Source: Endomicrobiales bacterium
Lineage (GTDB): Bacteria; Elusimicrobiota; Endomicrobiia; Endomicrobiales; CAWCFT01
Assembly (NCBI GenBank): GCA_963794945.1
Contig: CAWCFT010000009.1
Span: forward strand, 64,001-128,000
Direction of reading: 5' to 3'
Length of the DNA: 64,000 bases
Shown: positions 11,368 through 22,004 of the stretch, one piece after another
How positions within the stretch are numbered: position 1 is the stretch's first letter
Layout of the letters: every line of letters starts with the position of its first letter
Made by a program: the position numbers and the translations under genes
The notes under the pieces: model-generated
Database searches by the model: none
Told to the model about the DNA's origin: nothing
What the model saw: only the letters and a program-made list of their open reading frames with translations

Positions 11368-12863
11368 CTAGCGCAGCAATAACTTTTGATCGAAGATATT
11401 TCCCCTGCCAAGTATTGCGCTTGGGTCGAGCCGTTTCTTTAAGCCGCCATCTCTTCTACGCCGGCCTTGCCCACCATTTCCTCAAGAAAAGTGTGCTTTA
11501 GTTTTCCTATACCGTGTTCAGCCGATACTGTCCCGCCAAGACTCACCGCTTTTTGTGCTAGCTTTAGGTAGATATTTTTGCTCTTAGCGAAATCTTTCTC
11601 ATTATCCGGGAGAAAGTTCGCGTGCATGTGGCTCTCGCCTATATGCCCGAATATCAGGTACCTTATCCCGGAACTTTTAAGCTCTTCGCCGTAATATTTT
11701 ATCATTTCCTTTAGATATTCATCAGGCACCGCGAGATCTGTCCCTGTTTTCGGGAATTTGTTCCTGCGGACTATTTCATTGACCTTCTCAGGAAGCCTGT
11801 GCCTGAACTCCCTGAAAAGCTTTTCTTCCCTTTCAGTTGTCCCGAACCAAACCTTATCAAGTGAAACCCCGTATTTTTCCAGTGCCTGCGCCCAGCCGTC
11901 TATTATGATATCATTTCCGTTGTTAGCTATTGATTGTTCAAAGAATATTGCCGAGCGCGCTCCCGCCGGAATGTCCCTGTAGTCTTCCTTGAGCAGTTCC
12001 AGAGCACCGTGATCGAAATATTCTAAGGACATCGCGTCTACGCATTCAAAATCGCCGTTCCTCGAGGCTTTTGACAGGCGTTTTATCTCCAGGACGAATT
12101 CCCACGATCTCTCTTCATCCTGGAAGAAAGCGATCCCGGTAAGTATTTTCTGAATTCTAGGAATAAGCAGCACATCCGCTTCGGTTACAACGCCCAGAGT
12201 TCCTTCCTGTCCGATAAAAAGGTCTATCAGGTCCATGCCCGGGTAGTTAAAGTATCCGGCGGCGTTTTTTATGGCCGGCAGTTTGTAAGCTGGCAGTTTG
12301 AGTTTAATCTCGCCGGACTTTAACGGAATATTTAATGAGCTCTCGGTATCTGCAAATACCTTTCCCCTTTCAATATCCAGTATTTCACCATTTGTCAGAA
12401 CAACCTTAAGCCTGTTTATGTAGTTCCTGGTCGGCCCGAATTTTAGGCCGCGGCTGCCGGACGCGTTAGTGGATATATTGCCGCCGAGAAATGACCCTTG
12501 CTCAGTCGGATCCGGCGCGTACATCCATCCTGCAGACTTCGCCTTTTCTTTTATCTCCTTGATCGATACTCCGGCGCCCGCGGTCATTATGGCCTTATCT
12601 TTGCCCAGTACAACTATCTCACTTGTTGTGTTGAACTTCTCAACCGAAATCGAAGCCCCACCGAATGGCACCCTGCCCCCAGTGACACCTGTTCCGCCTG
12701 CGGAAACAGTTACCGGCATTTTATTGTTCGAGCATTCTTTGAGTATATCTGAGATTTCCTGCTCGTTTTCGGGTACAAACACTATTTGCGCAAAACCGCC
12801 GCGCAGGCCGGATTCATCTTCGGTGTAGGATTTAATAAGTTCGGGGTCAGTTTTTGTAAGCAT
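11368..12863 (-). CDS. FAD-binding oxidoreductase (GlcD/D-lactate dehydrogenase family), frameshift near C-terminus
   Basis: GGGTGVTGG-like motif, GGNISTNASG, GQEGTLGVV, FGHIGESHMH, SAEHGIG; LDPSAILGRGNIF continues in another frame. Confidence 0.85.
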
Positions 12864-12880
12864 GATTTGTAGAGCAGTTA

Positions 12881-15241
12881 TCAGCGGAGGGTAATTCCAA
12901 GCTCTTTGTTGAACGCACTCACTATGCCGTCGAATTGGGTGTTGACTTCCGAGTCCGTAAGAGTAAGCTCGGGATGGCGAAAAGTAAGATGGAACGAGTA
13001 GCTTATGTTTTCCGCGCCGATCTTTTCATCCTCGTATTTTGAAAACAGCTCAAAACCGGCCAGATGGCTGTCTCCGCCGGTATATTTGTCAAGCAGAGCG
13101 GTGACGCTTTCGAAAGCCACCGTCTTTTTTGCAAGTAAAGAGATATCTCTTTTGACCAGCGGTTTGCGGCTTATCGGTTTGTACATCTTCTCGGAGCTAT
13201 TCCAAATTTTTTCTATCAAATCGAGGTCTATTTCGCAGTAGCAGATATCTTTCCCAGCCTCATTAGAGAGCTCGGGGTGAAGCATGCCCGCCTCGCCTAC
13301 GTTTTTACCGTTCATCTCAATAATAGCTGTCTTTCCTGGGTGATAATACGGAGCGCACTTGGGATTCTCTTTGAGGCTCACCTTGTTGCCGCTAAGCATG
13401 TTCTCAACTATACCGGCGAAATAATAATAGTCATAGTTGACATCTTTTATCTTGCCTTCCCAGCCCCACCACTCGTGCCAAACGCCGCCGCTGGCGATCA
13501 CGCCGAACTTGCGGGCCTCTGCGCCGTGAGAGAACACAGTGCCTGCTTCAAAGAGTTTTATGTCGTTATAACCCTGGCGCAGGTTAAGGGTCAGGTTTCT
13601 CCAAAGGCCAGTAAGCATTGACGGCCTCATTACCTCGTTCTCTTTCGAAAGCGGGTTAGACAGCTTTACTGTAACCGGTAGTTTCAACAGGTCAAGCTCT
13701 TTTTGTTCGGCAAAGCTGCAGTTTACGGCCTCTGAAAATCCAAGCGACAACAACCTGTCACGCAGTATATCAGAGATATTGCTTTTCTTCATTTTCTTGT
13801 TGTCCGGCATAATCGGCATAATTGTTACCGGAACTTTATCATAACCTTTGATTCGTATTAATTCTTCAATGAGGTCTATCTCTTGATGGATGTCTATTCG
13901 CCAGGAAGGGATTTCCGCCGTGACTTTGTCTGTGCTTCCGAAAACTTTCATGCCGAGCCCTGAGAGTATGCTTTCTATCTCTTCTTTTTCGAACATGACG
14001 CCGGTTATCTTTTTTGCTCGTGCGTAACGCATATCAATTGAAACGGGCACGTAAGCTTTGGCTATCTTGTCGCATCTTGATTCTATTTTTCCGCCTGCGA
14101 TCTCGCATATGAGCTTAGCAGCCCTGAGCACCGCGGTTTCGGAGACTGTCCAGCCCGTGCCGCGTTCGAACCTATAGGATGCGTCGGTTGAGAGATTTAG
14201 TTTTTTCGATGTTTTTCTTATGCTCTGCGGCTTAAACATTGCGCTCTCAAGGATCATCGTAGTGGTAATGGAAGTAACTCCTGAACGTTCCGCACCCATC
14301 ACTCCGGCTATAGCCTGCGCGTTTTCCACGTCAGCTATTACAAGCATATCTTCATCCAGTTTATATTCTTTTCCATCAAGCGCCAGTATCTTCTCGTCCT
14401 TGTTAGCCCGCCTGACTATAATCTCTTCACCTTTCATTTTCTGGGTATCAAAAGCGTGAAGCGGGTGGCCCAGCTCAAGTAAAACGTAGTTCGTTATATC
14501 AACTATGTTGTTAATAGGCCGCAAACCGCATTTCTTTAGCTTATCGGCAATCCAATCAGGCGATGGGCCAACCTTGATACCAGATATTTTCATGCCTATA
14601 TAGCGTGAGCAAAGCTCCGGCTCTTGTATAGTTATCTTGTTCCAGGTTTCGGTAAGCGGGTTTGAGTATATCTCAGGCATTTTAAGCGGTTTGCCCAGCT
14701 TAGCCGCTATCTCCCGTGCCGTGCCCCAGTGGCTGAGCGCATCAGGCCTGTTTGTAGGTATTTCTATCTCAAGGATTGAGTCAAGCTCGCCAAGGGCTTC
14801 TTTTAGCGGTTTCCCCAGGGGCGTGTCGCCTTTTAGCACCATTATGCCGCTGGATTCTTCAGAAAGGCCGAGTTCTCTTTCTGAACATATCATTCCTTCG
14901 GATTCAACCCCGCGTATTTTTGCCTTTTTGATCTTTAGACCGCCGGGCAGTTCTGCGCCGATAGTCGCGAGAGCGACAATCTGCCCAAACGCCACGTTCG
15001 GCGCGCCGCATATTACGGAATAAGTGTTTGTGCCATCGGTTAAATTGCAAAGGGTGAGCTTATCTGCCTGCGGATGTTTGTTTGTCTCCAGCACCTTAGC
15101 TGTTATAATGTTGGTCCAGTTTAGGTCTCCTGAAGAAATAACGTTGGTTTCTATGCCGGCGAACGTGATAAGGTCAGCCGTTTCTTTAGGCGAGAGGTTG
15201 ATATCTACGAATTCTTTTAACCAGTTATATGATATCTTCAT
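12881..15241 (-). CDS. pheT: Phenylalanyl-tRNA synthetase beta subunit
   Basis: MKISYNWLKEF start, ICGAPN, RGVESEGMICS, NRPDALS, FDX-ACB C-terminus. Confidence 0.97.
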   Translation of the reverse strand: MKISYNWLKEFVDINLSPKETADLITFAGIETNVISSGDLNWTNIITAKVLETNKHPQADKLTLCNLTDGTNTYSVICGAPNVAFGQIVALATIGAELPGGLKIKKAKIRGVESEGMICSERELGLSEESSGIMVLKGDTPLGKPLKEALGELDSILEIEIPTNRPDALSHWGTAREIAAKLGKPLKMPEIYSNPLTETWNKITIQEPELCSRYIGMKISGIKVGPSPDWIADKLKKCGLRPINNIVDITNYVLLELGHPLHAFDTQKMKGEEIIVRRANKDEKILALDGKEYKLDEDMLVIADVENAQAIAGVMGAERSGVTSITTTMILESAMFKPQSIRKTSKKLNLSTDASYRFERGTGWTVSETAVLRAAKLICEIAGGKIESRCDKIAKAYVPVSIDMRYARAKKITGVMFEKEEIESILSGLGMKVFGSTDKVTAEIPSWRIDIHQEIDLIEELIRIKGYDKVPVTIMPIMPDNKKMKKSNISDILRDRLLSLGFSEAVNCSFAEQKELDLLKLPVTVKLSNPLSKENEVMRPSMLTGLWRNLTLNLRQGYNDIKLFEAGTVFSHGAEARKFGVIASGGVWHEWWGWEGKIKDVNYDYYYFAGIVENMLSGNKVSLKENPKCAPYYHPGKTAIIEMNGKNVGEAGMLHPELSNEAGKDICYCEIDLDLIEKIWNSSEKMYKPISRKPLVKRDISLLAKKTVAFESVTALLDKYTGGDSHLAGFELFSKYEDEKIGAENISYSFHLTFRHPELTLTDSEVNTQFDGIVSAFNKELGITLR

Positions 15242-15257
15242 TTGTTTAAATGTTATT

Positions 15258-16284
<1,027 letters not shown>

Positions 16285-16301
16285 CGGCAGTATCCGTAAC
16301 C

Positions 16302-16679
16302 TTATTGAACAGGTTTCTTCTCTACTGTTGGATATGAGCTTTTTGCTATCTCTGCGAGCTGTTTGAATGCCACATTGTCGTTAACCGCGAGTTCTGCGAG
16401 CATCTTCCTGTCTATGATAATGTTCGCTTTCTTAAGGCCGGAAATGAACCTTGAATAACTCATGCCGAATTCTCTTGCGGCCGCGTTGAGCCTTACGATC
16501 CAGGTCTGTTTGAAAGTCCCTTTTCTGTCCTTTCTGCCTACGTACATGTGGCGCATGGACTTTTCAAGCTGCTGGATCACCATTCTCCAGCGGTTCTTCT
16601 TAGACGCATAAGCGCCTTTAGCCAGCCTGTAATATTTTTTCTTTTTCTGTCTTGTGTGGACTACACTCTTTGCTCGCAT
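16302..16679 (-). CDS. rplT: 50S ribosomal protein L20
   Basis: WIVRLNAAAR, SYSRFISGLKKA, IDRKMLAELAV; conserved operon position. Confidence 0.97.
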   Translation of the reverse strand: MRAKSVVHTRQKKKKYYRLAKGAYASKKNRWRMVIQQLEKSMRHMYVGRKDRKGTFKQTWIVRLNAAAREFGMSYSRFISGLKKANIIIDRKMLAELAVNDNVAFKQLAEIAKSSYPTVEKKPVQ

Positions 16680-16711
16680 TTTTTTGCTCCTTCGTATTTA
16701 AAATATATTTT

Positions 16712-16921
16712 TTATCCGTTTTTTCTTCCGTACGGCAGATAGAGGTTGATCTTTTTGTCGTTAATTTTGTCAAGAACCGCAGAACGGCGCAGTTTTCTTC
16801 CCCTGTTCGAACTCATCCCGGTCATGAGATGCCTGAGGCCCATCTTTTTGTGCTTTACTTTACCGCTTTTTGTTACGCTGAATCTCTTTTTCGCTCCGCT
16901 GTGAGTCTTCATTTTCGGCAT
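16712..16921 (-). CDS. rpmI: 50S ribosomal protein L35
   Basis: MPKMKTHSGAKKRF. Confidence 0.97.
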   Translation of the reverse strand: MPKMKTHSGAKKRFSVTKSGKVKHKKMGLRHLMTGMSSNRGRKLRRSAVLDKINDKKINLYLPYGRKNG

Positions 16922-17056
16922 TTGTTCCTCCTGTTTTTCTAATTTATTCTTTATATAAGTATTCTAATCACTTAATACCCTGCTGGCATATATAACGTTA
17001 CGCGCCACCAATAATATTATCGTGGATTGTTGTCAGGCCTAAAGGTGTGTTTCAGG

Positions 17057-17587
17057 TCAAGCCGTTTTTTTTGGCATCAGGCTAAGGAACAGCCGGTTTC
17101 CAAGCATAGACGGGTTGTGCTCGACATCTGCGACATCCGCCAGGCTGATCTTGATCTTGTTGATCAAGGCCATCCCTAGGTCGCGGTGCTGCATTTCGCG
17201 GCCCATGAACATCACTGTTATCTGCACCTTGTCGTTGGCAAGAAGGAACTCACGGGCATGTTTAAGCTTTATTTCGAGATCGTGTTCCCCTATGCGAGGG
17301 CGGACGCGAACTTCTTTAAGCTGGCTGGCCTTCTGCTTCTTTCTTGCTTCCCTTTCCTTTTTGTCCTGCTCGTAACGGAACTTTGAAAAATCAATGACTT
17401 TGCATACCGGTGGGGTCGATTGTGGAACTATTTCAACTAGATCTTTCCCCCTCGTTTGGGCCAGGGCTAGAGCTTCATTTATCGGCTTTATCCCGACCTG
17501 TGTTCCGTCCTCATCGATCAGTCTGACCTGCGGTACTCTAATCTGGTGATTAATACGCATTCTTCTGTCTACGGGGGCCTCCCACAC
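17057..17587 (-). CDS. infC: Translation initiation factor IF-3 (true start uncertain)
   Basis: RINHQIRVPQVRLIDEDG, PPVCKVID, LKEVRVRPRIGEHD. Confidence 0.95.
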   Translation of the reverse strand: MWEAPVDRRMRINHQIRVPQVRLIDEDGTQVGIKPINEALALAQTRGKDLVEIVPQSTPPVCKVIDFSKFRYEQDKKEREARKKQKASQLKEVRVRPRIGEHDLEIKLKHAREFLLANDKVQITVMFMGREMQHRDLGMALINKIKISLADVADVEHNPSMLGNRLFLSLMPKKTA

Positions 17588-17605
17588 TGCTTATAATATA
17601 GTCCA

Positions 17606-17728
17606 ACAAAAAAAATAAGAGAAAGCGTTAATAAACGCCATCCCTTGGTAACATTGCCCAACGAAATGTTTCTTCATGTTTAACCTTTTTTCCTAAGGAT
17701 CAAGGTGAGCCGGGATGGCTGCTTCAAT
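17606..17728 (-). promoter_or_regulatory. Ribosomal protein L20 leader-like RNA
   Basis: GAAGCAGCCATCCCGGCTCACCTT...AAGGTTAAACATG...GGGATGGC with GCCATCCC/GGGATGGC pairing and a U-tract, upstream of infC-rpmI-rplT. Confidence 0.6.
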
Positions 17729-17738
17729 AAGTATGCGT

Positions 17739-17767
17739 ATTATATTAGATTATCAATAATATGTCAA
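17739..17767 (-). promoter_or_regulatory. Consensus sigma70 promoter TTGACA-17-TATAAT for the infC operon
   Basis: Perfect consensus; the -35 overlaps the thrS stop codon. Confidence 0.85.
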
Positions 17768-19518
17768 ATAGTATTTAACAATTCCGGGTATACCGCTTCT
17801 TTCGTAAGTTCAGTTATAAAGCTATCGACATCCTTTACGCCAAGGTCCTTGTTTCCCCTAGCTCTCACGGCGACCGTTCCGGCTTCCTTCTCTTTATCGC
17901 CTATGACGATCATGTAAGGTATCTTTTTTAGGCTTGCCTCGCGTATCTTGAAACCTATCTTCTCGTTTCTGTCGTCAAACCTCACCCGGAGGCCGGACTT
18001 TTTCATCTTGGCAACTACGGATGCTGCGCAATCGATCTGGCTGTTTGTAATGTTCATGACAACTACCTGCTCGGGCGCGAGCCAAAGCGGGAACGCGCCG
18101 GCGTAATGTTCTATCAAAACACCGAAAAACCTTTCGAGCGAGCCCATAAGCGCCCTGTGGATCATGTACGGACGCACTTTTTTACCTTCTTTGTCAACGT
18201 ATGTCATATCGAAACGCTGAGGTTCATTAAAGTCGAACTGTATAGTAGAACACTGCCACTCGCGGTTTAACGCGTCTTTAATTTTTATATCTATTTTAGG
18301 CCCGTAAAAAGCTCCACCGCCTTCATCCATTATGCATTTAAGGCCTTCGACTTTGACGGCTTCCTGCAAAGCGCTGGTGGCATCGGCCCAATCCTTGTCG
18401 TCTCCAACTGAATCTTTCTTGGGTTTCGTTGCAACATAAATACTATACTGAGTAAACCCAAAAGCGTTCAGCATCGCAAGGCAAAATCTTAGAACTCGCC
18501 TTATTTCGGACGGCATCTGTTCCGGGCTGCATATAATGTGCGCATCATCCTGCGTAAACCCTCTCACTCTCATGAGACCGTGAAGGACCCCGCTTTTTTC
18601 GTATCTGTACACTGTGCCTAGTTCGGCCCAGCGCACGGGCAGGTCTCTGTATGAGTACAGGGCGTTGTTATACATCATTATATGGAACGGACAGTTCATG
18701 GGTTTAACATAGAAATCCTGCTCATCGACTTTCATCGGTGAATACATGTTCTCACTATAGAACCCCAGATGTCCGCTTGTTTCCCACAGCTTGCCCCTGC
18801 CTATGTGCGGGGTGTAAACCAGTTCATACCCGTTAGCGAGATGCTGGTTGCGCCAAAAGTTCTCTATTTCAAGCCTAATCCTTGCACCTTTGGGATGCCA
18901 CATCACAAGCCCCGGCCCAACTTCTTCGTTTATTGAGAATAATTCTAATTCTTTGCCGAGCTTTCTGTGATCGCGCTTCTTTGCTTCTTCTATTCTGGCG
19001 AGGTACTCTTTGAGCTCTTCTTTCGTAAAGAACGCCGTTCCATATATCCTCTGGAGCTGCTCGCGTTTCTCGTCGCCGCGCCAATATGCGCCTGCTATCG
19101 AAAGAAGCTTAAAGAACCTCAGCTTGCCCGTAGCCTCAACGTGAGGCCCGCGGCAAAGGTCAATGAAATCGCCTGATGTATAAAAAGTAATTTTCTGCCC
19201 TTTGAGTTCTTTTATAAGCTCAACTTTATATTTCTCGCCCTTAGAAGCAAAATATTCTTCCGCTTCATCGCTTGTCTTTTCAGTGCACGCGAACTTGTAA
19301 TTCGCGTTAACTATTTCTTTCATTTTCTCTTCGATCTTTGGCAGGTCTTCAGGCACGAATGGCGTAGGCCGGTCAAAATCATAATAAAATCCGTCTTCTA
19401 TTGAAGGCCCAATAGCAACTTTTGTTTCCGGGTATAACGACACCACTGCCGCAGCCATGACATGCGCCGCCGAGTGCCTAAGTGTTTCTAGTTCTTTCTG
19501 TTTGTGCTCATTGCTCAT
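17764..19518 (-). CDS. thrS: Threonyl-tRNA synthetase (lacks N-terminal TGS domain)
   Basis: LRHSAAHVMA, DLCRGPHV, RDHRKLG, KPMNCPFH, MIHRALMGSLERF. Confidence 0.97.
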   Translation of the reverse strand: MSNEHKQKELETLRHSAAHVMAAAVVSLYPETKVAIGPSIEDGFYYDFDRPTPFVPEDLPKIEEKMKEIVNANYKFACTEKTSDEAEEYFASKGEKYKVELIKELKGQKITFYTSGDFIDLCRGPHVEATGKLRFFKLLSIAGAYWRGDEKREQLQRIYGTAFFTKEELKEYLARIEEAKKRDHRKLGKELELFSINEEVGPGLVMWHPKGARIRLEIENFWRNQHLANGYELVYTPHIGRGKLWETSGHLGFYSENMYSPMKVDEQDFYVKPMNCPFHIMMYNNALYSYRDLPVRWAELGTVYRYEKSGVLHGLMRVRGFTQDDAHIICSPEQMPSEIRRVLRFCLAMLNAFGFTQYSIYVATKPKKDSVGDDKDWADATSALQEAVKVEGLKCIMDEGGGAFYGPKIDIKIKDALNREWQCSTIQFDFNEPQRFDMTYVDKEGKKVRPYMIHRALMGSLERFFGVLIEHYAGAFPLWLAPEQVVVMNITNSQIDCAASVVAKMKKSGLRVRFDDRNEKIGFKIREASLKKIPYMIVIGDKEKEAGTVAVRARGNKDLGVKDVDSFITELTKEAVYPELLNTI

Positions 19519-19597
19519 TGATTTACCCAAGGATTTCCGGTGTGTATTTCGACTTTTCAGGTATTTAAAATTAAATGCCTAATGGCGGGTCTACCTC

Positions 19598-19650
19598 TGG
19601 TGGAACACGAAGCTCTGACCCTCCGCTGTTGCGAATACTCTAACCAACTA
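19598..19650 (-). other. Degenerate tRNA-like sequence in the thrS leader
   Basis: 14-nt and 9-nt blocks identical to the adjacent tRNA-Val; ends in ACCA. Confidence 0.5.
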
Positions 19651-19670
19651 TGAAAGATTTGTTGAAATGT

Positions 19671-19747
19671 TGGTGCCCGGTAGAGGACTCGAACCTCTGA
19701 CCCCTTCCATGTCAAGGAAGTACTCTAACCAACTGAGCTAACCGGGC
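19671..19747 (-). tRNA. tRNA-Val (GAC)
   Basis: GCCCGGTTAGCTCAGTTGGTTAGAGTA CTTCC TT GAC AT GGAAG...GGTTCGAGTCC...ACCA. Confidence 0.96.
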
Positions 19748-19898
19748 ATTTAAGTCGCAATACTGTTATATTTCTAGTTTTTAGACCGAAATGTTACTTC
19801 TGAAAAAACACAAGACTAGAACGTTTTTTGATTATACAAAAAATATGTCTTAAATTCAAATTTTAGTTTCTAAGATGAGAGAACATTTTCATTTTGTA

Positions 19899-20753
19899 TC
19901 ATCGCGCCAGCCCCCTGCGCCTGCAATTACTTTCGATACAATTTAGGGGAAGCTCTAAAAGCTTTAAGTCATATTTGAAAATATTGCCCAACAGCGGGCC
20001 TTGCAATTGGCCACAAGGCCTCACCGAACCATCGACCCCAATAACTGCAAAATCCATGCCGGCATTACAGCAAGCACCTGATGATTTTTGATTTGTTTCG
20101 AGATTTATCGAACCAGATGAATCTCTTTCTTCACAAAGCATATTCATGTCATCTTGATCCTTACCCCATCTTTCCGTAATATCCATTAATTTTAGTTCTT
20201 CAATTGAATATGCGTGCGGATATTCTTTGCCATTATATTTGCCGCAGAATTGTGTCAAAGCCATATCGATATTTAAACCTTTAAAATACCTCTTGTAGTT
20301 AAGCATTTCTCTCAGTTGAAGTGGATGCGCCAGATAGCATACATTACAGATAAACCCTGCTTTTCGCAGTTTTATGACATTGCCGGCAAATTTAAAGTGA
20401 TCAGTTTTAAGAGGATGAAAAGTGGAATTAATTTCCACCTTTGAAGCGTCATTCTTTAAGATAAACTCTTCCAAAGGGACAGATAGGTTAGTTGTAACAT
20501 GAATAACATGCATTTTACTTAATTTGTATATAATATCAGCAAATCCCGGATAGAGAAAGGGCTCGCCTCCAGTAATGTATATCTTAATCGGTCCGTGCTC
20601 ATCATAAATATTTTCCCACGCGGAGCACACTTCATCCACGCTTCTGTCCGTACCATGCTGCTTTTTGATGTTATCCCATCCTGTTTGCGTAAAAAAGCAA
20701 TATTCACACTTGTAATTGCACTCATATCCCATATCCCAGGTAAATATCTTCAT
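19899..20753 (-). CDS. Radical SAM protein, paralog of 7611-8438
   Basis: CNYKCEYC, ITGGEP, CYLAHP, CNAG..AVIGVDGSVRPC. Confidence 0.85.
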   Translation of the reverse strand: MKIFTWDMGYECNYKCEYCFFTQTGWDNIKKQHGTDRSVDEVCSAWENIYDEHGPIKIYITGGEPFLYPGFADIIYKLSKMHVIHVTTNLSVPLEEFILKNDASKVEINSTFHPLKTDHFKFAGNVIKLRKAGFICNVCYLAHPLQLREMLNYKRYFKGLNIDMALTQFCGKYNGKEYPHAYSIEELKLMDITERWGKDQDDMNMLCEERDSSGSINLETNQKSSGACCNAGMDFAVIGVDGSVRPCGQLQGPLLGNIFKYDLKLLELPLNCIESNCRRRGLAR

Positions 20754-20848
20754 AAATATCTCTCTTTATCTGATTCAATAATGTTGCAATAACCATTATT
20801 AGAATTGCCGCCGCTCACACGGAAACCGGTGCCAACATGAAGCTAGCG

Positions 20849-21946
20849 TCATTTTGAAAGTTCCACAAAACACATCTCATTATCAGCCGCAATATCTATC
20901 AACTTAAAACCGCTGGCGGCGGCCATTCCCCCGATTTCAGTTATTCCAAGCTTATATTGTATCACATGTTTACTTACAGTCACAGAATCACTGCCAGGAC
21001 CATTATAGGATTTGCCAAGCACGGCCGACCATATCTTTCTCTTTAATACGTTAACTGCCTTCTCTTTGAGGTCGATCCACGAAATCAATATCCTCCCGTT
21101 CTGCGAAAGGCACTTTTTAAGCTTCTTTAATGTTTCAAGCTGCTTTGCGGGATCCAGAATATTAAGCATTCTGGCAAATATGATGTAGTCATATTGTTCA
21201 TCCGAATTAATGTTGTTTAAATTAATAGTTTTCACTTGCTTTCCCTGCCTTATTAATTTTGCGGCTTCTTCGGAATAGCCTCCGGACGACTGGATGTCAG
21301 CTATATTCTTTTCTAGTCCAACGTTTTGTATTTTACTTTCTGTAATCTTCAGGCTTTGCTGCCATTTTTCTAAAGATACGCCCATATTTGACCGCAATAA
21401 TATATAATTTTTATAATAGCTTAAATCGGTTTCAGGTAAAATTAACGATAGTATTGCTTTAATATTAAGGCGGAACCGCTTCAAAACAAACGAAATATAA
21501 GATAAATTTAATATATTAATCGTGATAGAACAATATAGCAACAAAATACTTATGCTTTTCCCGATCGGCGAATCGAGGTTAATTTCATATCCATTCTTTT
21601 TTATCCTCACAACTCGGCCCAGGATATCATCATAAATAACAAGCCTATCATCTTTAGCCACGTTGTTATCGCCCTTTGTGCAGAAACAAGGCCCGTTTTT
21701 GCCTTTAACCTTTTTTATAACTCTATGCGCGGTATTGATGTCCAACGACCTGTCAATATTTTCATAAACAACTATATCTCCAACACGAATTATATCGGGA
21801 GATACCTTTTTAACAAAAAGTGAATCGCCGGATATCAGAAGGGGCCACATACTTCTCCCTTTTGACTTAAATATTACCTCATTTCCTTTTACAAGCGACT
21901 CTTTACCCAGTTCGTTCAAAGTCTTCCGAAATTTTGCTGAATCCAT
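20849..21946 (-). CDS. S26 (signal peptidase I-like) peptidase fused to a methyltransferase-like domain
   Basis: GRSMWPLL..GD, AHRVI, TKGDNN; C-terminal YDYIIF..ML, LKKCLSQNGRILI. Confidence 0.75.
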   Translation of the reverse strand: MDSAKFRKTLNELGKESLVKGNEVIFKSKGRSMWPLLISGDSLFVKKVSPDIIRVGDIVVYENIDRSLDINTAHRVIKKVKGKNGPCFCTKGDNNVAKDDRLVIYDDILGRVVRIKKNGYEINLDSPIGKSISILLLYCSITINILNLSYISFVLKRFRLNIKAILSLILPETDLSYYKNYILLRSNMGVSLEKWQQSLKITESKIQNVGLEKNIADIQSSGGYSEEAAKLIRQGKQVKTINLNNINSDEQYDYIIFARMLNILDPAKQLETLKKLKKCLSQNGRILISWIDLKEKAVNVLKRKIWSAVLGKSYNGPGSDSVTVSKHVIQYKLGITEIGGMAAASGFKLIDIAADNEMCFVELSK

Positions 21947-22004
21947 TATAACGCCTCTATGCCCATGCTTATAGCTTCTATGATACTCTAAAGGACTGAA
22001 TTTC

